Assembly (NCBI RefSeq): GCF_009914755.1
Contig: NC_060932.1
Source: the human T2T-CHM13v2.0 reference genome, Homo sapiens
Reading direction: 5' to 3' (one strand)
Length of the DNA: 64,000 bases
Shown piece after piece: positions 11,375-25,021 of this stretch. Position numbers and translations under genes: made by a program. The first letter of the stretch is position 1; each line of letters begins with the position of its first letter. Below the pieces are notes generated by a model that saw nothing but the letters and a program-made list of their open reading frames with translations, was not told where the DNA came from and ran no database searches.

Positions 11375-12190
11375 CAAATGAATCCAGAATTTATTAAGAA
11401 CTCCTGCAAATCAATAATAAAGAGATGAATATTTCAATTAAAAATGGGCAAAAGTCTTGAACAGGCACTTACAAAAGAAGATATTACAATGGGCAATAAA
11501 CATATGAAAAGATGCTCAATGTTGATAATACTGAGATACCTCTATGACACAGTTTGAATATTTGTCACCCCAAATCTCATATTGAAATGTGATCCCCAGT
11601 GTTGGAGGTAGGGCTTGGTGGGCGGTGTTTGGGTCATAGGGGTGAATCCCTCATGCCTTGGTGCTGTCATTGTGATAGTGAGTGAGTTCTCGTGAGATCT
11701 GATTGTTTAAAAGTGTGTGGCTCCTTTCCCCTGACTCTCTCCCTTGCACCTGCTCCTGCCACGTGACATGTCTGGTCTTCCTTGCCTTCCAACATTATTG
11801 GAAGCTTCTTGAGGCCTCACTAGAAGCAGATGTGCTATGCTTCCTGTACAGCCTGCAAAACAGGAATGACTTAAACCTATTTTCTTATAAATTACCCAGC
11901 AATATACTGGTACAATATACTGGTACACCACTGTATTAAGCTACTTGGGCTGCCAGAACAATATACCTATATTTCCTTATAGCAATACAAGAACAACCTA
12001 ACACAGTCTACATCCCAAAAGAAAGGCTAAAATCACACAGGCTGACAGTATCAAGTGTTGGTGAGAGAATGAGGTGAATGGAACTCTCATACTTTGCTGG
12101 TGGAGTTAAAAATGGTATAAACATTCTGAAAAACTGGCAGTTTCTCTTAGCATTAAACATGCATTTGCCATATGATAGCAAAATCCAATT
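11375..12190 (+). mobile_element. L1ME-like 3' fragment interrupted by an MST LTR
   Basis: AAAATGGGCAAAAGTCTTGAACAGGCACTT...AAAAGATGCTCAA; it resumes after 12005. Confidence 0.8.
11544..12005 (+). mobile_element. MSTB-like solo LTR
   Basis: TGACACAGTTTGAATATTTGTCACCCCAAATCTCAT...CTAACACA; TSD CTCTA/GTCTA. Confidence 0.9.
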
Positions 12191-12369
12191 CAAAAATTAT
12201 GATCATGTCTTAACTTTTTATGGAACAATTGAAGGTTCATGGAGTGATGAATTGGAATGTAGTATAATTATTAGAAGTGATTATTACACATTTCTGTTTT
12301 TAAAAATCCTGTGTCCTATAGGATAAATTCCAAAAAGTAGGATGGTCTACAAAGGTCCCCCAAGTCTGT

Positions 12370-13220
12370 GCACTGTCTGTCATCCACCACTGTCTCCCTC
12401 TGGCTATGTATCTTATTCTCAAGCTACATGGAAAGGCTGGTTCATTTCCCTCTGAAGTTTTTCTTTCTTAAGCATCTACATCTATGCACACTTTTGTCTG
12501 TCTACATTTTCTACCTGATTCCCATCTCCACCTGTCTTGGCCTCAGCCTGGTGAACTGTTAATCATTCTTTAAAACCCATGTCAAGTGTTGTATCTTCTG
12601 GGGATCCTTTCCAGATCCTTCCAGGCAGAGTTAGTTATTCCTCACTGTGCTTCTATAGATCTCTGTCATGGCCCCACACCATACTTACTTGTTTAACTGT
12701 CTCTATCACAGGTGTGTATACAGCGTTTGCCCTATAACAGAAATATCGTCATGGCAGCCCTCTGTGTTGACTTTTTATGTGCACTTCACAACAAAATCCA
12801 ACTCCTTCCCATGGCATAGATAGCTATGTAATATCTAGCCCTTCTCTCTGACCTCATCTCATTCCACCTTCCCTTGTTCAGGGGGAAGATCCCAATCTCT
12901 GGGAAGATGTAAAACTTCCCAATCTTTTACATCTTCCAAATCTTCATGTTTTACATCTTCTCATCTTACATGTGTTCTCTTCAGAATGGCTTTCCTTGTC
13001 ACCTCCATAGTATTCCATATTTTCCTTTCCTTGCTCTAGTCACAACTTTTATAAATGCTTTACTTGTTTAATATCTCTATCTCTTTGGCCGTGTAGACCA
13101 TAAGTTCCATGAAGGCAGTGTCTGTGTCTGTTTTGTTCTGTGCTGTATCCTAGAATTTAGCACAGTGCCTGGTATGTCAGACATTACTAAATATAGATTG
13201 ACTGGATGCAATGCCTATTA
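12370..13220 (-). mobile_element. L2 fragments
   Basis: TAAGTTCCATGAAGGCAG...TAGCACAGTGCCTGG...TAAATAT, L2 3' end in reverse orientation. Confidence 0.65.
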
Positions 13221-13339
13221 GATGAACTAGTGAATGATTAAAGTAATGATGTATCCCAATTTAAAGAGAATAGTATTGATAATATTATTTAATATATTGA
13301 TATTATAGGATTGGAATGCATTGTGCTTAATTTAAAAAA

Positions 13340-13960
13340 CTTAATATTTTTTACTTTATAAAAATAATGCATGACCACTGTAACAAGTCAAAGTGTGAAA
13401 GATATATAAAAAGTTAAGGATTTTTCCTATCTTCTCCCAATCCCTTTTCTTCGTACTAACCAATGCTAATAGTGTTTGTGTGTAGAGGTACTCTTTCATA
13501 TATTTACATGTATACACGTATATTTCTTCTTGTGTGTGTGTATTTATATATTTGTATATGTAGTTTTTCTTTTTTAAATGAAAAGTGAGATGACATTTTA
13601 CACATTACTTTATAACTTAATACTTTTCACTTAATAACATATCATGGGCATTCTTCTAGTTCAATACATATACATCTCTTTATTTTTAATAGCTACATAA
13701 TATTCATAGCATGACCATCATAGTTCTTCAACCAGTTCCCTATTGATGAATATTGAAGTAGTTTCCAGTGTACTGCCACTATCGTAAATAATGATGCAGT
13801 AAACATTCTTATATAAATTTATCCTTATATAATAGGCTATCTTACAATACTGCAAATGCTGGAGGGCAAATCATGCATATTATTAAATAGACCCTGCCAG
13901 ATGTTTTCTGGGAGGGAATTTACACTTTCTTCAGCAATGTATGAATGCATCCATTTTTCC
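13340..13960 (-). mobile_element. L1ME-like 3' fragment
   Basis: TTTTCACTTAATAACATATCATGGGCATTCTTC...CCTATTGATGAATATTGAAGTAGTTTCCAG. Confidence 0.7.
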
Positions 13961-14109
13961 TTATCCTTACTAAGAAAGGATGCTCTAGTTCTAAAAGTGT
14001 TTTCCCATATCCTATTATTTATCAATGAAAGCTTGAAAGGAATTATCATTCTTTTGGAGTTCTGAGGCCTAGGAACTTGAAAAAAAAATGCCCCCTGTCA
14101 GCTTCACAG

Positions 14110-14370
14110 AGGAAAAACAAGCCCAAAGAAAGCAGAGGCACCAGTTCACTCTGTGGCACAGTTCACTGCAGCATTGACTCTGTAAAAGTAAAGTTTTCTG
14201 AGCATTAGTTAGACTTTCCACTTAAGCAAGTCCAGTCTGGCAATGGGAACATATGGGAAGGGCTTAAATTTGGATATCGCGTTTAGTGTCAGGGGAGATG
14301 TGGTATTAAGTTCACACTGACTACTTTACTTAATAGCATTAAGAGGAGGCTCTTGTGAGCTGCGTCTAAA
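14110..14370 (-). pseudogene. Candidate decayed exon: N-terminal half of VWA repeat 3
   Basis: Pyrimidine-rich acceptor ...GTCTGCAG at 14371-14372; LLSKVVSVNLIxHIS, then ARLDLLKWKV*LMLRKLYF (VWA xFxIDxS...TRLDLLK...L..L). Confidence 0.5.
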
Positions 14371-14907
14371 CTGCAGACTCATCAGAAGGACAGATGGGAG
14401 TGTGAGGAATGAGATTCTGAAAATCAAAATCAATGGAGCAAAGCCTGATTTATCCCTGTTAATGGTGATTCTTCTCTTAGGGATTTTGAAGACATCTCAG
14501 ATGTTTCTTCATGCTTGACAACCAACTATTTCTAGTTTCTTCCTTTCGAGCTGGATCCTGCATTTAATATTTCCCTCCGCTGAAAGTGGTAAAGGTAGCA
14601 CCTTTGCAGTGTGTCAGGTAATTCTGGGAAAGGCTGTAGAAAGGGAAGTCCTAAACTTTTGCATTTTTTCAGATTTGCTTTGAGAGCTCACCTAGCTTAT
14701 CCACAGAGGCTTGGCGGGGACAGCTGGCCAGTGTGGTGGGGGAGGAGGGAACTTAGAATGGCTTAAACGGCGTTTCTCATACTTCAGTTTTTTTTTTTTT
14801 CTTTTTGGGTAACATTGCATTATTTTTGCTTTACCTGTACACTTTCTGTGCTAATCTTTACTGATTATTTTCCTTTAAATCAACTTACTATTAAACCCAA
14901 CCTTTTC

Positions 14908-15467
14908 TTTTTTTCTTTTTTATTTATTTATTTTTAATTTATTATTATTATACTTTAAGTTTTAGGGTACATGTGCACAATGTGCAGGTTAGTTACATAT
15001 GTATACATGTGCCATGCTGGTGCGCTGCACCCACTAACTCGTCATCTAGCATTAGGTATATCTCCCAATGTTATCCCTCCCCCCTCCCCCCACCCCACAA
15101 CAGTCCCCAGAGTGTGATGTTCCCCTTCCTGTGTCCATGTGTTCTCATTGTTCATTTCCCACCTATGAGTGAGAATATGCGATGTTTGGTTTTTTGTTCT
15201 TGCGATAGTTTACTGAGAATGATGATTTCCAATTTCATCCATGTCCCTACAAAGGATGAGAACTCATCATTTTTTTATGGCTGCATAGTATTCCATGGTG
15301 TATATGTGCCACATTTTCTTAATCCAGTCTATCATTGTTGGACATTTGGGTTGGTTCCAAGTCTTTGCTATTGTGAATAATGCCGCAATAAACATACATG
15401 TGCATGTGTCTTTATAGCAGCATGATTTATAGTCCTTTGGGTATATACCCAGTAATGGGATGGCTGG
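14908..15467 (-). mobile_element. Young L1PA (L1PA2/3-like) 5'-truncated 3' end
   Basis: Near-consensus 3'UTR with ACAGTCCCCAGAGTGTG; 16-bp TSD TAAACCCAAC(C/A)TTTTC at 14892-14907 and 15468-15483. Confidence 0.95.
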
Positions 15468-15669
15468 TAAACCCAACATTTTCATAAAAATGTTAGGTAG
15501 GTTTGCTTTTGCACCAACCTAAAAATATGTTTGAAATTTTGGCTTTGAAGTTATATATATGTGTATATATGTTATAGGTATGTGTGTGTGTGTATCCCCA
15601 CCCAAAGAGCAGAGATAAAATAATTACCACCCTAGAATTACGTAGAAAATTTGTTTAAGCATAAAAGCA

Positions 15670-15993
<324 letters not shown>

Positions 15994-16256
15994 TTACAGC
16001 CCAAAGAACTACAAAATGATAAAATTCATCAAGAAGAAAAACAAATATGGAAGAAAGAAGTAAGGTTCAAGAAAATACTGTAAACAAAGAAACTGTGGAA
16101 ATATGTAGTTACTCATGAACTATTTAGAGTAAAACCTACACATGAACACACACACACACACACACACCTTTTTGGATTTAAATAAAACAATGGAAGAAAA
16201 ATTTTAGACAATAATAACGTAAAAGCTAGAAATGGGGCAGTTCTAATGATTTAAGA

Positions 16257-16475
16257 CAGGGGCGTCCAATCTTTTGGCTTCCCTGGCCACTTTGGAAGAA
16301 GAATTGTCTTGGGTCACACATAAAATACATAACATTAATGACAACTGATGAGCAAAAAAAAAGTAAAAAGAAAAATCTCATAAAGTTTTAAGAAAGTTTA
16401 CGAATTTGTGTTGGGTTGCATTGAAAGCCATCCTGGACTGCACATGGCCTGTGGGCCGTGGGTTGGACAAGCTTG
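16257..16475. mobile_element. MER30 hAT-Charlie MITE
   Basis: CAGGGGCGTCCAATCTTTTGGCTTCCCTGG...GGTTGGACAAGCTTG; 8-bp TSD ATTTAAGA/ATTTAAAA. Confidence 0.9.
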
Positions 16476-16573
16476 ATTTAAAACATGCCAAGTGTCTTGT
16501 CCTATTTGAAAGTGAGATAGAGATAATAAATTTGGACTTCATGAGAAAAAACTAAAGAAATATTACGTAAATG

Positions 16574-16881
16574 CAGTAGTCCCCCCTTATTCACAATTTC
16601 ACTTTCCATGGCTTCAGTTACCCACGGTGTAGCACAATACGATATTTTGAGAGAGAGGGAGACCACATTTATATAACGTTTATTGCAGTATATTGTTATA
16701 ATTGCTTTATTGTATTATTAGCAATTGTTAATCTCTTACTGTGTCTAATTTATAAATTAAACTTTGTCATAGGTATACATGTATAGGAAAAACATATATA
16801 TGGCGATCAGTACTATCCGTGGTTTCAGGCAGGTAGTGGAGGTCTTGGGACATATTCCCTGCCAATAAGGGGGAATTACTG
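16574..16881. mobile_element. MER44A-like Tigger MITE
   Basis: TIRs CAGTAGTCCCCCCTTAT...ATAAGGGGGAATTACTG followed by TA. Confidence 0.85.
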
Positions 16882-16939
16882 TAGGTCGGTATTAATATGT
16901 CTCAAATATTTAGCATTTTTTGAGGAAAGAAGAAGCATT

Positions 16940-17472
16940 GTATGTGACAGATTGATTTTTAAAACATGCTCAATTCTTTGTCCCTCCTTATGCAAATAAC
17001 TTTGCAGGTCCTCTTAACAAAAGTCTCTCTCTCTGTTTTTTTTTTTAAATCCCTTTAATCTGGGCTAGTTTGTGACTTTCTTTGGCAAGGGAATGTTCTG
17101 GAAGTAACGCTGTGCCAGTTTTGAGCATAGCTCTTAAGAAGCCTTTGTGGTTTTGGAGCCCCAGCAGTGCCATGGGAACAAGGTAGGGCTAGCCTGCTGG
17201 GAGATGAGAGAACTGTGGCTCAGTTACATCTGTTGTTATTGCTAACAGCCAGCCAACACCAGCCATGTGACTGAAGCCGTCCCAGAGCAGCCAACTCCCA
17301 ACCAGCCCACTGTCTGATCAAGATGCATGAGCATGCCCAGCTGAGATTAGCTGAACCTGGCCCAGATCAACAAGACTGTCCAGTTGACCCATAGACTCAT
17401 GTGTCATAATAAGTGCTTATTTTTTTAAGCTGTTGCATTTTTAGCTGGTTTGTTAAACAGCAATAGTTAATA
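16940..17472 (+). mobile_element. MLT1-family MaLR solo LTR
   Basis: TGTGACAGATTG...CAGCCATGTGACTGAAGCC...TGGTTTGTTAAACAGCAATAG. Confidence 0.75.
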
Positions 17473-18725
17473 GTATCCTGCATGCTACAGTAGAAATATT
17501 CATGAATAAGATGTAATGAACATGAACTTATGTAGACCTTGTAATATAGTTTAAAATATGTGAAGCTAAAATTGATGGAATTATAAGAAAAATTGATGTA
17601 GCTATACTTTTAAGAGCAGATTTAATATATTTATTTATATTTATTTAATATATTTATTTATTGGTAGCTCTTTGACTTATAGGTCAAGAGCTACCAATAT
17701 ATTAATATATTTATTTATTAATATATTTATTTATTGGTAGCTCTTTAACCTATAGGTGAAGATATTTTGAGAGAGAGAGAAAGAGACCTATAGGTTGAAC
17801 AGCTACCAATTCATTGAGAGTGCAGAAGTTTGAAAACTGAGAACAAACTTGAAATTATATATGTGGCTTCATGAAAACATAGAGGATGTACATACATACA
17901 TACAAAACATTTATAAACACACAAGAACATTTATAGACAAACACACATAGAACATTTATAAACACTATGTATCAAACCATAAAGTTTTAACAAAATCCAA
18001 GACATTGTAGAGACCAGATTTCTTTCCAAAATGCAATTTAATTAGAAATTTACAAGTAAAATGTAACTTTTAAAAATACATATACAATTTGGACTAAGTA
18101 AAAACCCACTCCTCCTATGCCTCAAAGTAATCACAATAGAATTTAAAATCATTTAGAATGAAATGTTATTACTGCACATTCAAATGTGTGAGATGCAGTG
18201 AAACAGTAGGTGAGAGTAAACTTACAGCTTTAATCATGTTTATTAAAAAAACTAGAGGTATGGGAATTACATTTCAATAATAAAACAAAACAAATACCAA
18301 GAGACCATAAATCACAAAATACACAGCCAATGAAACCTGCTGATAGATGAGTTACCCTTACAGAGATAAAGAAAGCTACTATATAAAATAATAAAATGCT
18401 TTTCATTTGAGGAAATATAACAATGCTAAATTTTCATGCACCCAGTACCACAGCTTCAAATGAAATAGACCAACAGCATTAAAAAATATAAAAGATAATC
18501 AACAAATTCACCATCATCAATCATTCAATGTTTTTTCTGGAGGTCAAGCCAATATAATAAGATAAGAAGAAAGAAGTGATATCTAACATTTGGAAAGAAA
18601 GAAACATTATTTGCAATGTAATGATTATCTGCATAGTAAATGCAACAGAATCTACAGACGAATTATAAAAATAAATTTGGTGGTGTTAGAAAGAAGCGAC
18701 ATAAGCAAGATTAGTATTTAAAAGT

Positions 18726-19147
18726 TGATACGGTTTGAATGTTTGTCCCCTCCAAATCTCATGTTGAAATGTGATTTTCAGTGTTGGAGGTGGGGCCTGG
18801 TGGGAGGTGATAGAATCATGAGGGCAGATCCCTCATGAATGGCTTAACAACATCCCCTTGGTAATAAATGAGTTCTCGCTCAGTTAGTTCATGTGAGCTC
18901 TGGTTGTTTAAAAGAGTCTGGGACCTCCCTCTTTTTTTATCTCTTGCTTCTGCTTTCACTACATGACATCGCCTGATCTCTCTTTGCCTTCCACCATGAT
19001 TGTAAGCTTCCTGAGACCTCACCAGAAGCAGATCCTGGCACCATGCTTCCTGTACAGCTTGCAGAACCAGAAGCCAATTAAACTTCTTTTTGTAAATTAA
19101 CCATCCTCAGGTATTCCTTTATAGCGATGCAAGAATGGACTAATACA
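18726..19147 (+). mobile_element. MSTB-like solo LTR within old L1 sequence
   Basis: TGATACGGTTTGAATGTTTGTCCCCTCC...GGACTAATACA; TSD AAAGT/GAAGT. Confidence 0.9.
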
Positions 19148-19436
19148 GAAGTCAATGGTATTCCTATACATCAGCAAAAGCCAGTTAGAAACTTAATAGA
19201 AAACAAAAAACATAATGGAGCATAGAAAAAAATCCGGTTTGTAATTATAGCATGAAAGTACTTGAATTAAATTAATGAAATGCATGAATGTCCTTTAGAA
19301 ACCCATATGTCCCATAGAGAAAGTTAGAAAATATTGTTCAAGGATATTAAAAAAAAATAGTCTATCTTCGCATATGTACTTTAATAAAAATTCCCCAAAT
19401 AATTTTTTATTTTTGGTTAGGAATTAATAGAATACA

Positions 19437-19736
19437 GGCTGGATGTGGTGGCTCATGCCTGTAATCCCAGCATTTTGGGAGGCCAAGGCAGGCAGATCAC
19501 TTGAGGTCAGGAGTTTGAGACCAGCCTGGCCAACATGGTGAACACCCATTTCTACTAAAAGTACAAAAATTAGCCAGGTGTGGTGGTGCATGCCTGTAAT
19601 CCCAGGTGCTCAGGAGGCTGAGGCATGAGAATAGCTTGAACCTGGGAGGCGGAGGCTGCAGCGCGCCGAGATGGTGCTACTGCACTCCATCCTGGGCGAC
19701 AGAGCAAGACTGTGTGAAAAAAAAAAAAAAAAAAAA
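19437..19736 (+). mobile_element. AluS (Sx/Sz-like)
   Basis: Full dimer with poly(A); TSD GAATTAATAGA(A/C)TACA. Confidence 0.95.
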
Positions 19737-20234
19737 GAATTAATAGACTACAACTCTTGAGGAAGAAAAATACATCAGAAATCTGGATCTTTTTTTATGA
19801 AGAACATTAGCTTTCATTAAAGGGAAACTATAAAACAAATCTCTGATCATGAACATATTTTGTTTATTCTATTTCTAGGCTCAGTGTTCTAGTTTCTGTT
19901 AAACTATTAAATATTAAAAAAATAAGCAAGATTTTTTTTGGTAAAAGATACCCAATCAAATTGTAGCAAAGATCTTAAATAAGATTACCTTTGGCTAAAT
20001 TCTGTTATCTGTAAGTTATAGGTTTCTTTGAAAAATAGAATAAAGATGGTATACTATACAGAAAGCCTGGAAACACAGGGAAAATAACACATTTTTTGTG
20101 CTGTTCTTAAACTGATAATTGAATTCATTGCTTTACATTTAGAGATATGAAAAAGCATCTGAAAGTTGATAAAAATAAATAGAACATATGATTTGAAGAA
20201 TGCAATGAATATATTATTTAAGAATAAATTTATT

Positions 20235-20510
<276 letters not shown>

Positions 20511-21249
20511 AAGAATAAATTTATTTAATGCTTTTTAATTTTTTAGACATCCTGTAAATGATATAACAGCATGAATAGTCTAGAAACAGATGTACACATG
20601 AAATTGGGAATTTGATATATGATGGATGGAGGAGAACTACTTAATAAATATTTAATGTGCAGGGTTGACACAATTAGCTTGTCAGAAAGAAAAAATGGAT
20701 TTTTTCTCATGCTATTTATAGGAAATAAATTTCAGAAGTCTTGAAATACTAAATATAAAAACAAGACTTTACAACTTTAAAAGCAAATATAGGATAAAAA
20801 GTTTTGACTCAGTGGACGTACTAGCTTGTAAAGGTTAGGACCTGCTGGGATTACAAATAAAACATCAGATGACAGCGACTTAATACAACTAAACAAGTGT
20901 TTCTTACTCATGGCAGAGTTCACTGGGCAGCTTTCCATGGCCTCACTCAGGGACTCAAGACCATTTTATCTAATGGCTCTACCTTACCTTAGGTCTTTGA
21001 AATCCTATCTGGATTCTCTGCATCAACCTTATTAATGAAGGAGAAAAGAGCATGAGGAATCATGCAGGACATTTTAGAGGCCAGGCCTGGAAGTGACACA
21101 CATCACATCTGCTAGCACTCCACTGGTCAACCACAGAGGTGCAACACTGGGAAATGCTGTGGTCTAGCAGCATGTCAAGAAAGAGAGAACATGCATTTCA
21201 GTAAATAGCCAGACTTTGTCCTAGGGTAGAGAATATTTTCTTAAACAAG

Positions 21250-23629
21250 TATATTAGCCCATTCTCACATTGCTGTAAAGAACTACCTGAGACCGGGTAA
21301 TTTATAAAGAAAAGAGGTTTATCTGGCTTATGGTTTTGCAGGCTGTACAGGAAGCATGGCTAAGGAGGCCATCGGAAACTTACAATCACGGCGGAGGGGT
21401 GAAAGAGAAGCAAACATATCTTCACATGGCAGCAGGAGAGAGACAGAGCAAAGGGGGATGTGCTACACACTTTTAAACAACAAGATCTCATGAGAACTCA
21501 CTCACTATCATGAAAAAAGCAAGGGGGAAAATCTGCCCTCATGATACAATCACCTTCTGCCAGGACCCTTCTATAATAACACTGAAGATCATAATTCGAC
21601 ATGAGATTTGGGTGGGGACAGAGCCAAACCATATAATTCTGGCCCTGCCCCCTTCCAAACCACATGTCCTTCTTATATTTCAAAACACAATCATGCCTTC
21701 CCAACAGTCCCCCAATGTCTTAACTCATTCCAGCATTAACTCGAAAGTCCAAGTCCAAAGTCTTATCTGAGACAGGGCAAGTCCCTCTCACCTCTGAGCA
21801 TGTAAAATAAAAAACAAGTTATTTACTTCCAACATACAATGGGGGTACAGGCATCGGGTAAATGCTTCCATTGCAAATGGGAGAAATTGGCCAAAAGAAA
21901 CAGGTTGCAGGCCCCATGCAAGTCTGAAACCCAGAAGAGCAGTCATTAAATCTCAAAGCTCTAAAATAATCTCCTTTCATTCCATGTCTCACATCCAGGC
22001 TACACTGATGCAAGGGGTGGGCTCCCAAGGCCTTGGGCAGCTCCGCCTCTGTGGCTCTGCAGGGAACAGCCCTTGTGGCTGCTTTCATTGGCTGGTATTG
22101 AGTGCCTGTGGCTTTTCTAGGTACACAGTGCAAGCTGTTGGCAGATCTACCATTTTGGGGTCTGGGGGACAGTGGTCTCCTTCTCACAGATCCACTATGC
22201 AGTGCCCCAGTGGGGACTCTGTGTGGGGATTCCAACCCCACATTTTCTTTCTGCACATAGTAGAAGTTCTCCATGGGGGCTCTGCCCATGCAGCAGACTT
22301 CTGTCTGGACATCCAGGCATTTCCATACATCCTCTGAAATCTAGGTGGAGGGTTCCAACCCTCAACTCTTGCCCTCTGTACACCCACAGGTCCAACACCA
22401 AATGGAAACTGCCAAGGCTTAGGGCTTGCACCCTCTGAAGCAACAGCCGGAGCTGTACCTGGGCCCCTTTTAGCCATGACTGGAGCATCTGGGATGCACA
22501 GTGCCATGTTCTGAGGCTGCATAGAGTAATGGGGCCCTGGGCCTGGCCCATTAAAACATTTTGCCCTCCTAGGCCTCCAGGTCTTTAATGGGAGGGGCTG
22601 CTGTGAAAGTCTCTGAAATTCTCTGGAGGCATTTTCCCCATTGTTTTGACTAGTAACATTTGACTCTTCTTTACTTATGCAAATTTCTAAAACCTTGAAT
22701 TTCTTCCCAGAAAATGGGTTTTTCTTTTCTAACACATGGTCAGACTACAAATTTTCCAAACTTTTATGCTCTGTTTCCCTTTTAAATATAAGTTCTAGTA
22801 TCAGGTCATTTCTTTGTTTACGCAAATGAGCATAGGCTTTAGAAGCAGCCAGGCAATATCTCAAAGGCTTTGCTGCTTAGAAATTTCTTCTGCCAGATAC
22901 CCCAAAAAATCTCTCCCAAGTTCAAAGTTCACAGCTCTCTAGAGCAGGGGTACATTGCTGCCAGTCTCTTTGCTAAAGCATAGCAAGAGTGACCTTTGCT
23001 CCAGTTCCCAATTAGTTCCTCATCTCCATCTGAGACCAACTCAGCCTGGACTTCACTGTTCATGTCACTATCATTTTTGTCACAACCATTCAATAAGTCT
23101 CTAGGAAGTTCCAAACTTTCTCACATCTTCCTGTCTTCTCCTGAGCCCTCCAAATTGTTCAAACTTCTGCCTGTTACCCAGTTCTAAAGTCACTTCCACA
23201 TTTTCAGGTATCTTTATAGCAGTACCCAACTCCTGGTACCAATTTTCTGTATTAGTGTCTTCTCACATTGCTATAAAGAACTACCTGAGACTGGGTAATT
23301 TATAAAGCAAAGAGGTTTAATTGGCTTACAGCTCCACAGGCTGTAAAGAAAGCATGGCTGGGGAGGCTTCAGGAATCTTACGATCATGGTGAAAGGTGAA
23401 GAGGAAGCAAGCATGTCTTACCATGGTGGAGTGGGAGAGAAAGAGGGCGAAGGAGGAAGTGCTACACACTTTTAAACAACCAGATCTCACGAGAAGTCAC
23501 TATTATGAGAACAGCAAGTGGGAAATTTGCCCCCATGATCCAGTCACCTCCCACCAGGCCCCTTCTCCAACACTGAAGATCATAATTCAAAATGAGATTT
23601 GGGCAGGGACACAGAACCAAACTCTATCA
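21250..23629 (-). mobile_element. Full-structure MST MaLR element (LTR 21250-21636, MST-int, LTR 23248-23629)
   Basis: Two homologous LTRs flank MaLR internal sequence; perfect TSD ACAAG at 21245-21249 and 23630-23634. Confidence 0.95.
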
Positions 23630-23634
23630 ACAAG

Positions 23635-24630
23635 ATACAAAAATCTTGACCTAGTAATACAAAGTTTGATGAATTTTATCAAATTAAAATTAAACTTCCT
23701 AATAAGAAACGTCACGTAAGTGAAATTAAAGTATAAGCTAAGATGGGAAGAAGCAACATATATAATAGACATAATGCAGCATACACACACACACATTCAA
23801 TGAGTCAATATGAAATAGTCAACACGAGAAACATGCATATAATTTATGCACAGGTATTCACAAAAGAGAGAAATTGGATATCATATAAATAAGACAGGAT
23901 GTTCAACCTTACCAGTAATCAGAGAGATGCAAATTAAACAACAAAATAAGATACCATTTCTCACCTATAGCTTCGTAAAATTAAAAAATTCTGAAAATAC
24001 CCAAGTGTTGGCAAATGTGTAAAGAAATAAAAACTTTTATACTGCTTATGGGATTGTAAATTGCTACAGCCACCTTGGAAAACAGTTTGGTAACATCTAG
24101 AAAAATTGAACATGTGCATACTCTAGAGAATATACTTGGCATTTCCGTTTCTAAGTATAGCCCTTAACGAAACTTTCACACGTTTATAAGCAGAGTCATG
24201 TAAGGGTATGTATTGAAGTAAAGTTTTAAATAACCTAAATCTAAAAAGAATCTACATGTCTATCAATGAGTAAATGGAGAAAGGAATCTAACTAGTCATG
24301 AATGAAATAGATCTATATGTTTCAATATGAATAGATTTAAAATGTTAATAAAGTAAAATAAGGAAGTCACAAAGGGATTAATATAATGAGTCATTTATAT
24401 AAATTAGAAAAATAAACTTTCCATATATGCTTATGGATTTATCATTATAACAAAGCTATGTTGTATAGACTGGAAGACCCACATGAAATTCATGACAGTG
24501 ATGCCTCTCGGGGAGGGAGATGGAGAATGGAGAATTAGAATGAGGAGGGTGGCAATAGGATTCAACTTTGTCCATTTTTATGTGTTTAATCTTTTAAAAA
24601 AGTAGCTGAAGCTGGAAGCAAGTATGATGT
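23635..24630 (+). mobile_element. L1ME-like 3' fragment
   Basis: GATGCAAATTAAACAACAAAATAAGATACCATTTCTCACC...CAAGTGTTGGCAAATGTG. Confidence 0.75.
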
Positions 24631-24637
24631 CGTCTTA

Positions 24638-24931
<294 letters not shown>

Positions 24932-25021
24932 TCCTAGGTGTTTAGTATGATATTTGTCATATTTTTATGTATTTTCAACATTTTAGCAAGAAAAAAGATA
25001 TCCTCACCTTACCCCCATTAC

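Noticed and set aside
15505-15523. Mariner-like TIR CTTTTGCACCAACCTAA
   Set aside because: Only one partial end is visible and no matching TIR could be placed.
21819-22735. Overlapping 117-183 aa ORFs
   Set aside because: They lie entirely within MST-int MaLR sequence.
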